Under the pieces are notes generated by a model, which saw only the letters and a list, made by a program, of their open reading frames with translations, did no database searches and had not been told where the DNA came from. DNA of 64,000 bases from positions 1,919 through 65,918 of the forward strand of contig CANRPS010000001.1 of the NCBI GenBank assembly GCA_947632585.1, given 5' to 3'. Origin of the DNA: an uncultured Clostridia bacterium (GTDB taxonomy: Bacteria; Bacillota; Clostridia; TANB77; CAG-508). How positions within the stretch are numbered: position 1 is the stretch's first letter; each line of letters opens with the position of its first letter. Of this stretch, positions 1 to 10,697 are shown piece after piece. Position numbers and translations under genes: made by a program.

Positions 1-64
1 AAATTTTAATATATATATTTATTCGCACATTGAAAATTTTATAAGAAAGAGGTGTAAGAAGATT

Positions 65-1606
65 ATGAATAGTTTAATCATAATCGCTACTTTCTTAATC
101 TCAGTTGCAATCGGTATTGTCGTAGGAATGGTAATGAGAAAAAAGATTGCAGAATCTAAAATCGAGAGTGCAGAACAGGAATCTAAAAGATTAGTTGATT
201 TAGCAAAAATCGAAGCTGAAAACCTAAAAAAAGAAGAAATTATTAAAGCAAAAGAAGAAATTATGAGTAACAGAAAAGAATTAGATCAAGAGATTAAAGA
301 AAGAAGAAGCGAAATTCAAAAACAAGAAGCTAGAATTATTCAAAAAGAAGAAAATCTAGACAATCGTTCAAATAACTTAGAACAAAAAGAAAAAGAATTA
401 GAAAGAGAATATCAAAGTCTAGAAAATCAAAAAAATGATGTGAAAGATCTTTATCAAAAACAAGTTGAAGAGTTACAAAAAGTTGCATCATTAAGTAAGG
501 AAGAAGCAAGAAACATATTACTTTCTGAAATGGAAAAAGAACTTACTGATGAAAAAGCAAAATTAATCAGAGATTTTTCTCAAAAAACGAAAGAAGAATC
601 AATGAAAAATGCAAAAGAAGTTATTTCATATGCAATACAAAAATGTGCAGCAGATCATACTTCTGAAACTACAGTATCTATTGTAAACCTTCCAAGTGAT
701 GAAATGAAAGGAAGAATAATAGGTAGAGAAGGTAGAAATATCAAAGCTCTAGAAACATTAACAGGAATTGACTTAATAATTGACGATACACCAGAAGCTG
801 TAATATTATCAGGATTTGATCCTCTAAGAAGAGAAGTTGCTAGAATAGCTTTGGAAAAATTAATTGATGATGGAAGAATTCATCCAGCTAAAATAGAAGA
901 AATGGTTGAAAGTGCAAAAGAAGAATTAAATACCACAATTAAGGAAGAAGGAGAAAGAGCAGCATTAGAGGCAGGAGTAAATAATTTACATCCAGATTTG
1001 ATTAAATTATTAGGAAAACTAAAATACAGAACTAGTTATGGTCAAAATGTTTTAAGCCACTCAATCGAGGTATCTAATTTAGCAAGAATTATGGCAGAAG
1101 AATTAGGACTAGATGCTAAGAGAGCAAGACGTGCTGGATTACTTCATGATATTGGAAAAGCTTTAGACCATGATATGGAAGGAACACATGTACAAATTGG
1201 TGTTGATATACTTAAAAAGTATAAAGAAAATCCACTTATTATAAATGCTGTTGAAGCACATCATGAAGATGTACCACCAGAAACAATGGAAGCTGTTTTA
1301 GTACAAGCAGCTGATTCTATATCTGCTTCAAGACCTGGAGCAAGAAGAGAAACATTAGAAGCTTACATAAAGAGACTAGAAACACTAGAATCAATTGCTG
1401 ATTCATTTGATGGAGTTGAAAAATCATTTGCTATTCAAGCTGGACGTGAAGTAAGAATTATTGTAAAACCAGATAGAATATCAGATGAACAAATGGTAGT
1501 TTTAGCAAGAGATATTTCAAAAAGAATAGAAGAAGAAATGGATTATCCAGGACAAATAAAAGTAAATATTATTAGAGAAAAAAGAGTAGTTGATTACGCT
1601 AAATAA
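65..1606 (+). CDS. rny: Ribonuclease Y
   Basis: 513 aa. N-terminal TM helix, long K/E-rich coiled coil, KH motif ([11 protein letters not shown]), HD domain (LLHDIGK ... EAHHED). Confidence 0.95.
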   Translation: MNSLIIIATFLISVAIGIVVGMVMRKKIAESKIESAEQESKRLVDLAKIEAENLKKEEIIKAKEEIMSNRKELDQEIKERRSEIQKQEARIIQKEENLDNRSNNLEQKEKELEREYQSLENQKNDVKDLYQKQVEELQKVASLSKEEARNILLSEMEKELTDEKAKLIRDFSQKTKEESMKNAKEVISYAIQKCAADHTSETTVSIVNLPSDEMKGRIIGREGRNIKALETLTGIDLIIDDTPEAVILSGFDPLRREVARIALEKLIDDGRIHPAKIEEMVESAKEELNTTIKEEGERAALEAGVNNLHPDLIKLLGKLKYRTSYGQNVLSHSIEVSNLARIMAEELGLDAKRARRAGLLHDIGKALDHDMEGTHVQIGVDILKKYKENPLIINAVEAHHEDVPPETMEAVLVQAADSISASRPGARRETLEAYIKRLETLESIADSFDGVEKSFAIQAGREVRIIVKPDRISDEQMVVLARDISKRIEEEMDYPGQIKVNIIREKRVVDYAK

Positions 1607-1612
1607 AAGTGA

Positions 1613-1650
1613 TATAGGAATATACTAAAATATATTCCTATATTTTTTTA
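1613..1650 (+). terminator. Intrinsic terminator after rny
   Basis: Perfect 12-bp inverted repeat TATAGGAATATA / TATATTCCTATA followed by a T-run. Confidence 0.8.
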
Positions 1651-1746
1651 TAAAACTATTGAAAAGTTATTTTTTTATTGATATTATTTACTTATAAGAA
1701 TACTACAGAGATGAAAAATTAAAAATAAACATATGAGGAGGTTAAA

Positions 1747-3121
1747 ATGAAGACTATAAATGAAAACAAAAAAACAACAAGTAAAAATGGTATAACCTTG
1801 ATAGCACTAGTCATAACAATTATCGTATTAATTATATTAGCAGGCGTAACAATAACATCAACAATATCAGATAATGGTATAGTAAGACAATCAAAACAAG
1901 CCAAAAGACTTACAGAACAAACTAAAATATTGGAAGATTTAAGAGTAGAAGTATTTGAAAAAGAGTCTAGTACAAGTAAATCTAACATTGATCATATTAA
2001 AGAATTAAAATCAAAGGGATATATAATAGATGAAACTGAAGATGGAAAATATATAATTGATTCTAGTCTATTTTTAGATGACGAAGCCTTAACAGGATAT
2101 GGTAATGTTGATTCTGGAGATTTTTATTACTTATATGAAGGCAATTTATACTATGAAAACACAGAACATCAAATAACAGATGTAGGATATGTATATGATA
2201 AATATATAGAAATGTCTAAAGAAGATGATTCAGAAATTACAGGAGAACTTAAATGGCTTTATACTAATAATGATGATGGTACTATTACATTAACAGGTTT
2301 GGACTTATCAAATGTAAAATATACAACTCAAAAGACTAGTAGAGGGCTATATGGATATCATGGTGCAATAAAAGATTTATATTCTGTAGATTTAGAGTTA
2401 GATACTGACACTTTAGTTGTACCATCAACTGTAGATGGATTACAAGTTTCTGAGGCAAGAATAACATTCTTTCCGTTGGATAAAGATGATATAGAAATCT
2501 ATGATGAAGAAAGTCCTATCGGAATAGATAAAGTTGCAGATATAAAAGGTATAAGAAAATTAGTGTTTAGTGATTCAATTTCAAAAATAAGTTCTCGGTG
2601 AATGGAATGGGACATCTTCTCATTCTGGGGATTGGTGCATATATTGGGAAGATGTTGAAGAGGTAGTATTACCTAATAGTATAAAATCATTAAATGGTGC
2701 ATTTGACGGATTTCCATCATTAAAAACAATTAATTTACCAGAAGGACTAACTTCACTTGATTATACATTTGCCAATTGTTCATCATTAAAATCTGTCAAA
2801 CTTCCTAGTACACTTAAAAGTATTCATGGTACTTTCTATTGTTGTTCTTCTTTGGAAAGCGTAGAAATTCCAAATGGAGTAGAGTCTATAAAAGGTGGTT
2901 CTTTTTATAATTGTAGCTCTTTAAAAAGTATAAATATGCCTAAAACAATCTCAAATATTAAATTGGAAAGTTTCCATGGTGGAGGTGGTACCTATAGTTA
3001 TGACCTACCTAGTACAACCACAATTAATTTTACAAACGGAAAAAATGATAATTTAACAATCCCAAGTGACAAGTGGGGAGCAGGAAGTGTACTTGTAAAT
3101 GGAGTAGAATATAATCCATAG
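1747..3121 (+). pseudogene. Prepilin-type N-terminus fused to BspA-type leucine-rich repeats, interrupted by one extra C at 2596
   Basis: N-terminus KNG/ITLIALVITIIVLIILAG resembles a type IV pilin-like leader plus hydrophobic helix. The LRR units (LPNSIKSLNGAFDGFPSLKTINLP...) continue without a start codon in the +1 frame from 2591. Zero frame reads tct CGG tga. Dropping the C gives ISSGEWNG. Confidence 0.7.
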
Positions 3122-3133
3122 AAGGAAAAGATT

Positions 3134-5506
3134 ATGATAAAAAAATTAGATAATATATTTTTAACACTATTAATACTTATATTATCAATCTCAACTATGC
3201 TAGAAATAGAAAATAAATACAATTTATATATACAAATATCGGGATATATTCTAATTACAATATATATAATAATTAGAATATTACAAAAAAATCCCATAAA
3301 AATAATAAAAAATAAAATAGATATAGGTATACTGCTGTTGATTGCTTCAACAGCGATACCTATTCTTTTTAATACATATATATCATTAAGTGGAGCTGTA
3401 AAAACAGCATTACAATATTTTTATTTATTTGGTATTTATATATTAGCAAGGGAACTTTTTTCAAAAAATGAGAGATATAGAAAGATTATATTTAAGATAT
3501 TAATTTTATTATGTGTTATTATTATTTTAATAGGAATAGAAGGATTAACTACACAAAAATTATCTCAAATATTGCATATTACAGATTTTTCAAATGGGGA
3601 TAATAGACTTATATCAGTATTTACATATCCAAATACTTTAGCGGTATATATAGCAAGTGTTATATTTTTAAATTTCAACGAAATATTACATGAAAAAAAC
3701 AAATATTTAATTTCTATTTACAAAACAATAACATTCATTTTAATACTAGGAATAATTTTAACTTATAGTAAGGCTATATTTATATTATTTCCTATAACAT
3801 TAGTACTATATATATTAAGTATAAAAGATAAAGAAAAGACAAAGACAATTATTCAAAACACTTTATTAGCTTTTGTTTTATCAATTATATATATTATGAT
3901 ATTTGATAAATTAGTAAATTCTAAAAATAATTTACTAATTTGGTTGTCCTTATTAACAATAATTTCGTTAAATTATACTATAAATTTAATATTAGAGTAC
4001 TTTAACATATCGAAAAGAATAAACTTAAAAAAATTTGTTATATTTTGTGTATTAAGTTTTATTTTAATTGGCATTTATATAATAGTAGGATTAAATATAT
4101 ATGATGAATTTATTGTATTTGATGAGACAGAAGCAGATTATAAATCAAAAATAATAAATAATATTGAACAAAATAAATTATATAATTTTGAATTTGATAT
4201 TTTTTCAAAATCACCTAAAGATATTGAAGACAACTTTACTATAAAAATAATAGAAAGAGATTTACAAAATAAAACAATTAAAGAAAATAGTATAAAGTTT
4301 GGAACTTATAATGGAATAAAACAAATTGAAATACAAACAGATGAAAATACATCTGAAATAAAAATAGAGTTCATGAGTGAATATCAGTATAGTCAAAAGC
4401 AATTAATTGTAAAATCTTTAAAAATAAATAATGAAAATATTCCACTAAAATATAAATATCTACCTACAAAATTAGTAGAAAAAATTAAAAATATAGATAT
4501 AAATTATAAAACCTTAGTAGAAAGAAAAGAAATGATAAAAGATGGTTTAAAATTAGCATGGAAAAATCTTTTGAAAGGAAGCGGTGGAGAGTCTTGGAAA
4601 TATCAATATCAAGAAGTACAAAATTATAGTTATACCTCAGAATATATACATAGCTACATAGTAAAAGTAATTTTAGAATTTGGACTATTAGGAATTTTAT
4701 CACTTATCATTCTAATAATATCTATTTTTAAATTACTAATAAAAGCAACAAAAAATATTAATATTGAAACATTATCAATAATTTTTGCTTTAGTTATACT
4801 TATATTCCATAGTATGATAGATATAGATTTAGAAAATGCTTATATTTTACTCTATACATTTGTTTTATTTGCATATCTATCTAATGAAATATTTTATGTT
4901 AAAGAAAAACACAATATTAAATATAATTATATTTCAAATACTATTTTTATAATTGGTTTAATATTAGCTTTATTTTTAAATATAAATACAAAATTATATA
5001 ATAAATATTATATAATAAATGAAAATAAAAGAGCTCAAGAAAAATATCATACAAATACAACAGAATATAAAGATTATAGTTATGAACTTGGAAAAAATTA
5101 TGAAAATCTTATTATGTATGAAAGATATAATTATTTAGAAAATTATTTTACGATAATAAAATATTATTTACAATCAGAAAAAGAAAACAAAATAGAAATA
5201 TTAGAAAAATATTATGATAAAATTCTAAATTATGAAAACGAAAAAAGATATAATATAAAAAGTATAATATTAAAAATGCAGGAGTGCTATAATATAGTCA
5301 ATTATCTAAGAGAACAAAATAATCCATCATACGATCAAATAATTGAAAAATATAATAACATTGTAATAAATGAATATCCAAACACTATAAAACAATTAGA
5401 TAATTATTTAAAAAAGCAACATTATGATGATTTAATCTATGCTTTTAAAATAGATGATATATATGAAAACTCTTGTAAGTTAATTGACAATTTACATAAT
5501 ACATAG
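3134..5506 (+). CDS. O-antigen ligase/polymerase-like polytopic membrane protein with a long C-terminal helical-repeat extension
   Basis: 790 aa with many TM helices. Wzy_C-like signature (YIHSYIVKVILEFGLLG). Asn/Tyr-rich soluble C-terminus. Confidence 0.6.
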   Translation: MIKKLDNIFLTLLILILSISTMLEIENKYNLYIQISGYILITIYIIIRILQKNPIKIIKNKIDIGILLLIASTAIPILFNTYISLSGAVKTALQYFYLFGIYILARELFSKNERYRKIIFKILILLCVIIILIGIEGLTTQKLSQILHITDFSNGDNRLISVFTYPNTLAVYIASVIFLNFNEILHEKNKYLISIYKTITFILILGIILTYSKAIFILFPITLVLYILSIKDKEKTKTIIQNTLLAFVLSIIYIMIFDKLVNSKNNLLIWLSLLTIISLNYTINLILEYFNISKRINLKKFVIFCVLSFILIGIYIIVGLNIYDEFIVFDETEADYKSKIINNIEQNKLYNFEFDIFSKSPKDIEDNFTIKIIERDLQNKTIKENSIKFGTYNGIKQIEIQTDENTSEIKIEFMSEYQYSQKQLIVKSLKINNENIPLKYKYLPTKLVEKIKNIDINYKTLVERKEMIKDGLKLAWKNLLKGSGGESWKYQYQEVQNYSYTSEYIHSYIVKVILEFGLLGILSLIILIISIFKLLIKATKNINIETLSIIFALVILIFHSMIDIDLENAYILLYTFVLFAYLSNEIFYVKEKHNIKYNYISNTIFIIGLILALFLNINTKLYNKYYIINENKRAQEKYHTNTTEYKDYSYELGKNYENLIMYERYNYLENYFTIIKYYLQSEKENKIEILEKYYDKILNYENEKRYNIKSIILKMQECYNIVNYLREQNNPSYDQIIEKYNNIVINEYPNTIKQLDNYLKKQHYDDLIYAFKIDDIYENSCKLIDNLHNT

Positions 5507-5512
5507 TATAAT
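5484..5512 (+). promoter_or_regulatory. Consensus sigma-A type promoter (TTGACA-17-TATAAT) reading into GC-rich islet 1
   Basis: TTGACA at 5484-5489, exact 17-bp spacer, TATAAT at 5507-5512. It overlaps the last codons of the preceding CDS. Confidence 0.5.
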
Positions 5513-5631
5513 ACTTTCGGCAAACCGCATCCTATTTGGAACGTATTTGTGACAAATAAACTATGGAAGGGGGAAAGCGGACATAGATTTTTGTTGCCAA
5601 GCACAATTCTGACCAAGAAAGGAGCAAGGTG

Positions 5632-6237
5632 ATGAAAAGGCACGTTTACCTGAAGGATGCACTGAAGGAATACCCTGAACTTTCTCGAAAACTAGTTGGA
5701 TTTACACCTGATTCTTTGAACGAAGCATTTTTTCCAAGTGAGACCGGATATGAACCAGTACAAGTCAAGTCGACTAAATCCGGACTAAAGTGGCATGCTT
5801 TTTTGTACGATAATGTTCTCTGCCTGATTCCAGAAGTCGATACATTGTCAACCAACTTACTTGTAAGTGCAAACATTGGATCGGTAAAGGAAAGGGAACT
5901 GCTTGGTAAGTACTCCAAGATGTACAATAAGAAGGATTTAGGAGCAAGAGGTGTAGCTTTCGAAAGTGATATGCTTCCATTTTTGCCTACAGGCTATTTG
6001 GATAGTGTCACTCAGAATTGTTACATTGCTTCCAACGAAGAGAAATACTTCCGGTATTTTCATGTAATAATTCCTGGCGGAACGATAGCTCAGTTCAGTC
6101 ATTCTGTCTTGAATTTTGTAGTGGTACCAGTTGTCAAGTTACCTCCAGATGTAATTGTGACACTTGGTGACCCTGCACATGATGGTTCTTCAGCAAATCA
6201 GGGACTCAATCTTTTCAGAATCTATGAATACTGCTAA
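5632..6237 (+). CDS. Hypothetical protein (orphan, compositionally foreign islet 1)
   Basis: ORF of about 200 aa. RBS AAAGGAG lies upstream of ATG 5632. GC is clearly higher than in the flanks. Contains an in-frame CGG (6052-6054). Two hairpins lie downstream (GTCTAC..GTAGAC and TCACCCAT..ATGGGTGA). No family recognised. Confidence 0.6.
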   Translation: MKRHVYLKDALKEYPELSRKLVGFTPDSLNEAFFPSETGYEPVQVKSTKSGLKWHAFLYDNVLCLIPEVDTLSTNLLVSANIGSVKERELLGKYSKMYNKKDLGARGVAFESDMLPFLPTGYLDSVTQNCYIASNEEKYFRYFHVIIPGGTIAQFSHSVLNFVVVPVVKLPPDVIVTLGDPAHDGSSANQGLNLFRIYEYC

Positions 6238-6316
6238 CGACCAACCGATGTCTACCCACAAAGTAGACAAATCACCCATATCCTCGATGAGGAAATGGGT
6301 GATCATTTTTATATTT

Positions 6317-6896
6317 TTATAATAGTATTGGTTCAATCTGTTCTCTATCTAATGCCGCTTCTGTTGTTTTTATAATATAATCTGGATCAAAGACAATAGA
6401 TCTAGGTTTAGTTATCGGGTTATCCTGTTTAAATGGAACAAAATAATAGTTCTTTCTATTGATTAATTTACCAATACTTACCAAATTTGCTCCAAGTCCA
6501 TTATTTGTTGAAGGAGCAATAACAACTGGTAAATTATTTCTTAAGTGAGATTTTACAGCCATTAAAGCTGGAGTATCTATAATATCACATGCAAGTTTAG
6601 ACATAGTATTTCCGACTTGCAGGTGCAACAATCATTATATCAGTCAAATGTTTAGGACCGATTGGTTCTGCATCTTGAATTGTATGAATAATATCTCTTT
6701 TAGTAATAGATTTTATTTGATCAATAAAATCAGCAGCTTTTCCAAATTTAGTATCTAGACTATAGGTATTATATGACATTATAGGAATAACATCTGCTCC
6801 TAATTCTATAAGTTCCTTTATTTTTGGTATTGTTTTACTAAAAGTACAAAACGAACCAGTAAGTATAAATCCAATTTTTTTATTTTTTACTTCCAA
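6317..6896 (-). pseudogene. dpaB: Dipicolinate synthase subunit B-like flavoprotein, interrupted by one extra base at 6614
   Basis: Two ORF pieces (6597-6896 and 6317-6631) together match the DpaB/SpoVFB layout (KKIGFILTGSFCT ... MIVAP ... GNTMSKLA ... PFKQDNP). On the coding strand the sequence is gca agt CGG aaa. Dropping the C gives APASGNTMSKLA. Confidence 0.75.
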
Positions 6897-7113
6897 AATT
6901 TATAAAAATCCTCCTTTCAAAGTGTTTTATATATAATATGAAAACAAAATAAAAATTTTGATTAATTTGAAAAAATATGTCGAATATATTATATATTTAT
7001 TAAAAACTATATATACTTAACATAATTTTTGCCAAAATATTGTAATGTACAGAAAAAAGTGATATAATAAGAATGTTATAAACATATTAATTTGAGGAAT
7101 AAGGAGAAATATT

Positions 7114-7965
7114 TTGGAAGAGGTAGAACAATTAGAAAAAATAGATAATCAAAATGAAAATAAAGAATTAATACCCAGAGAAGAAAAAAAATATTTCAGA
7201 GTTAGAGGATTTACACTTTGGAGGTTATTTGCTTACTTTATAATATATAGTATTATAGGTTTTATTGTTGAAACATTATTTGGTATAGCAAGATATGGGG
7301 TTTTAGAAAGTAGACAAAGTTTTTTATATGGTCCATTTTGTGCTATATATGGTATAGGTGCAATTATAATGATTATATCACTTCAATATTTCAAAAAAAA
7401 TTATAATACATTATTCATTGGTGGTTGTATAGTTGGATCAATTGTTGAATATTTAATTAGTTGGATAGGTGAGATGATTTTACACGTAAAATGGTGGGAT
7501 TATTCAAAAATGCCACTTAATATTAATGGTAGAATTTGTCTATTATATGCTGTTTTTTGGGGATTTTTATCACTATATCTTATGGTATCAGTTAATCCTA
7601 AAATAGATAAACTAATAAATTTAATAAAAGAAAAAGTTAATACAAAAATTTTACAGACAATAGTCGTAATAAGTTTAGTTTTTATGCTTCTAGATTGTAT
7701 TTGTACTGCAGAAGCGTTAAATTATTTTACAATAAGAACAATTAAAGAAAATAATATAGAAGTAAAACATGCTGAATATGTTGATAAAGAATATGAAAAA
7801 ATTTATAACAATGAATTTAAAGTAAAGATAATTAATAAATTCTGGAATAATGAAAAAATGTTAAAAACATTTCCAAGACTAACAGTAGAAAATGCAAATG
7901 GTCAGCTTATTTCAGTTAGAGTATTATATCCAGATATAAAAACATATTATATTAAGTTTAAGTAA
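7114..7965 (+). CDS. Polytopic membrane protein, putative ABC-transporter type IV (CmpB/PF06541-like)
   Basis: 283 aa with multiple TM helices. YGPFCAIYGIGA and KWWDYS motifs are typical of this family. TTG start behind AAGGAG. Confidence 0.55.
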   Translation: MEEVEQLEKIDNQNENKELIPREEKKYFRVRGFTLWRLFAYFIIYSIIGFIVETLFGIARYGVLESRQSFLYGPFCAIYGIGAIIMIISLQYFKKNYNTLFIGGCIVGSIVEYLISWIGEMILHVKWWDYSKMPLNINGRICLLYAVFWGFLSLYLMVSVNPKIDKLINLIKEKVNTKILQTIVVISLVFMLLDCICTAEALNYFTIRTIKENNIEVKHAEYVDKEYEKIYNNEFKVKIINKFWNNEKMLKTFPRLTVENANGQLISVRVLYPDIKTYYIKFK

Positions 7966-7995
7966 AAAGCATTACTAAATTTTAGTAATGCTTTT
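7965..7995. terminator. Bidirectional terminator between convergent genes
   Basis: AAAAGCATTACTAAA-T-TTTAGTAATGCTTTT, a perfect 15-bp palindrome flanked by an A-run and a T-run. Confidence 0.75.
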
Positions 7996-8974
7996 ATAAA
8001 TCACTTAAAGGATTGCTTTCAACTGCATTTCTTACTTGTTCATTACTTACATGTGTATATATTTCAGTTGTAGAAATGCTTTCATGTCCAAGAAGCTCTT
8101 GAAGGGCTCTAATATCTACACCGCCATATTGATACATTAAAGTTGCAGCAGTATGACGAAGTTTATGAACCGAATATTTATCAGTATCTATTCCTGCCAT
8201 TTTTAATTCTTTATATATTATTTCTTGAACAGTCCTTTTACCAATTCTTTGATTTCTTTCACTTAAAAACAATGCTTTATCAGAATTTTTATCATCTTTT
8301 TTTACATGTAATTTTGGTCTTACACCTAAATATTCATTTATTGCTTTCATACATGATTTATTTAAATAAATATCTCTTTCTTTATTACCTTTTCCAATTA
8401 CAGTCATTTTACAATCTTCAAAATTAACATCATTTATATTAATTCCTACAAGTTCTGAAAGACGCATACCACAATTTAAAAATAAAGTAGTTATTGCATG
8501 ATTACGTTCTTTATTTCTATTTTCTTCATCATCAGATACTTCTAAAAGTTTTTTACTTTGATCTAGAGTTAAATACTTAGGAAGTCTTCTATCTAATTTA
8601 GGAGTTTCTAAATTTTGAGTAGGATTTATTTGTATTATATTTTTTAAACAAAGATAATTAAAAAACATTCTTAAACTTGCAACTTTTCTAGCTCTTGTTG
8701 ATGGCTTACTATTAAAATTAGTTGTTAAATATGCTAAAAAAGCGTGTAAATCATCTAATTTTATTTTTGAAATTTCTTTTATATCAATATCTTTATAATC
8801 TATTTTTTCTAAATCAGTTTCATCAGTCAATTTAAAATGTATTTTTATGAATTTTAAAAATGTTGCCAAATCATAATTATATTCCTTTACAGTATTTTGA
8901 GACTTGTTTTGTATAGTTATCATATAATCAAGAAATGCATTTAAGTAATCAGGATTATTTTCTCTTAAAATCAT
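7994..8974 (-). CDS. Tyrosine recombinase, XerC/XerD family
   Basis: 326 aa. N-terminal SAM-like domain. C-terminal catalytic signature HKLRHTAAT ... LLGHESISTTEIYTHV. Confidence 0.85.
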   Translation of the reverse strand: MILRENNPDYLNAFLDYMITIQNKSQNTVKEYNYDLATFLKFIKIHFKLTDETDLEKIDYKDIDIKEISKIKLDDLHAFLAYLTTNFNSKPSTRARKVASLRMFFNYLCLKNIIQINPTQNLETPKLDRRLPKYLTLDQSKKLLEVSDDEENRNKERNHAITTLFLNCGMRLSELVGININDVNFEDCKMTVIGKGNKERDIYLNKSCMKAINEYLGVRPKLHVKKDDKNSDKALFLSERNQRIGKRTVQEIIYKELKMAGIDTDKYSVHKLRHTAATLMYQYGGVDIRALQELLGHESISTTEIYTHVSNEQVRNAVESNPLSDL

Positions 8975-9145
8975 AAAAATTCACCTCCACAATATAAAAG
9001 TCATACATAATTTAATGTAATTATATAGATATAAAAATAAAAAGTCAATTAAATTTTAGGTATAAAATAATTTGAAAATTTTAACAATATTATTGACTTT
9101 TAAAAACTAGAATAGTAGTATAAATTACAGAAAAGGGGAGAAAAA

Positions 9146-10051
9146 ATGAGTATAAAAAAATTAAATTTTAAAAGAATAGTTTCTTTATTAATAGTAGCTA
9201 TATTAATTATAGCTGTAATATTTGTAATATTTATCAAAAAGAATAATAATATTAAAGAATCTGAGAAAGTATCTGGTAATAGTGTTTCAGAAATAACAGA
9301 AAACACTATAAATACTAATAATATACAGACAGAAAATACTATAGTAGATGAGCATAAAGCAAAACTTGAAGAAAAACTAGCAGAAGGAAAATTACTATCA
9401 GAAAAAGGACTTCCTGTTCTTATGTATCATTTCTTTTATGATAAAAAAGTAACAAAAGGTAAAGATGGAAATCACTTAGAAATTTCAAAGTTTGATGACC
9501 AAATGAAATACCTTTCTGAAAATGATTTCTATTTTCCAACATGGCAAGAAGTTGAAGATTATATAGATGGTATTCAAGAACTTCCTGAAAAAAGTGTAGT
9601 TATTACAGTTGATGATGGAGACGCATCGTTTTGGGAACTTGGAGTACCTGTACTTCAAAAATACAAAATTCCAGCAACATCTTTTATTATAACATATTGG
9701 TATGGAGATAAGGCTAAAAATAAAGAAGAGGGTATAAGTTATCAATCACATTCTTATGATATGCATAAATCAGGACCTGACGGCAAAGGAATACTTCTTT
9801 CTATGGATTATGATGAAATAAAGGAAGATGTTTTATTGTCAAAAGAAGTTTTAGGAGGAGCTGACATTTTCTGTTATCCATTTGGAGCATATACAGAGAC
9901 TTCAATTAATGTATTAAAAGATACAGGTTACAAATTAGCATTTACAACAGTTGAAGGAAGAGTAAAAAAAGGAGCCCTTAAGTATGAGCTCCCTAGAATC
10001 AGGATTGATGATAGTTTAAGTTTTATTGGTTTCAAAAGTAAAGTAAAATAA
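9146..10051 (+). CDS. Membrane-anchored polysaccharide deacetylase (NodB family)
   Basis: N-terminal TM helix. ITVDDGDAS (NodB motif 1), HSYDMH, and a conserved C-terminal LPRIRI. Confidence 0.8.
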   Translation: MSIKKLNFKRIVSLLIVAILIIAVIFVIFIKKNNNIKESEKVSGNSVSEITENTINTNNIQTENTIVDEHKAKLEEKLAEGKLLSEKGLPVLMYHFFYDKKVTKGKDGNHLEISKFDDQMKYLSENDFYFPTWQEVEDYIDGIQELPEKSVVITVDDGDASFWELGVPVLQKYKIPATSFIITYWYGDKAKNKEEGISYQSHSYDMHKSGPDGKGILLSMDYDEIKEDVLLSKEVLGGADIFCYPFGAYTETSINVLKDTGYKLAFTTVEGRVKKGALKYELPRIRIDDSLSFIGFKSKVK

Positions 10052-10057
10052 AATAAA

Positions 10058-10576
10058 TCATTTCAAATTTATAATGTTTTGTGTATATATTTTATAACAG
10101 CAAGATATTAGAACCGCTTTTAACAAGTATTTTCTATCATTATTTGGTTTTATATCACCAGATTCAGTTTTATTATTATATACATAAACTAAAGCCTGTT
10201 TAAAATGATTACAAAAACTATCATATGCTTGTTCAATTTTTGTGTTTTCTAAAGCGATATTAATCAATTTTGCGATATCATTCATACTATATACTTGTTT
10301 TAGTATACATATAACGAAAATTTTAGCACATTGTGTTTTAGAATATTTCTTTTTTACAGGTGCTTCAATTAAGTTATTTTTAACATAATTGTTTATCATT
10401 GTTTTAGTTATTAATTGATTTTCTTTTTTATCATTACTTGGTAGTAAAAAAACAAGTTCAGATAAAGTTTTGTTGATATAAGTAACTACTTGATCTAAAT
10501 ATAAATCTACATTTGGAAGTTCATTCCATTTGGGTATATTCACATTATCTAATGTTATTAATCCGTTTTTTTCCAT
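10058..10576 (-). CDS. DUF1836-like protein
   Basis: 172 aa. The LDQVVTYINK ... ITKTMINNYVK pattern is typical of DUF1836. Confidence 0.5.
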   Translation of the reverse strand: MEKNGLITLDNVNIPKWNELPNVDLYLDQVVTYINKTLSELVFLLPSNDKKENQLITKTMINNYVKNNLIEAPVKKKYSKTQCAKIFVICILKQVYSMNDIAKLINIALENTKIEQAYDSFCNHFKQALVYVYNNKTESGDIKPNNDRKYLLKAVLISCCYKIYTQNIINLK

Positions 10577-10697
10577 GTTTTCACATCCTTTACAGGATTT
10601 ATAATAACATTTTTAGAAACACTAGTCAAGTCATTGACAAAGATTTTCAAATGTGATAATCTAGTTTTGAAAACTATATATGAAAGGAAACTAAACT

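Noticed and set aside
7994-8974. The tyrosine recombinase, considered as the integrase of a nearby island.
   Set aside because: It has no flanking direct repeats, tRNA target or cargo genes, and its composition is native. It looks like a chromosomal XerC/XerD-type enzyme. It is only mentioned as a possible trans-acting partner for the integrase-less prophage.
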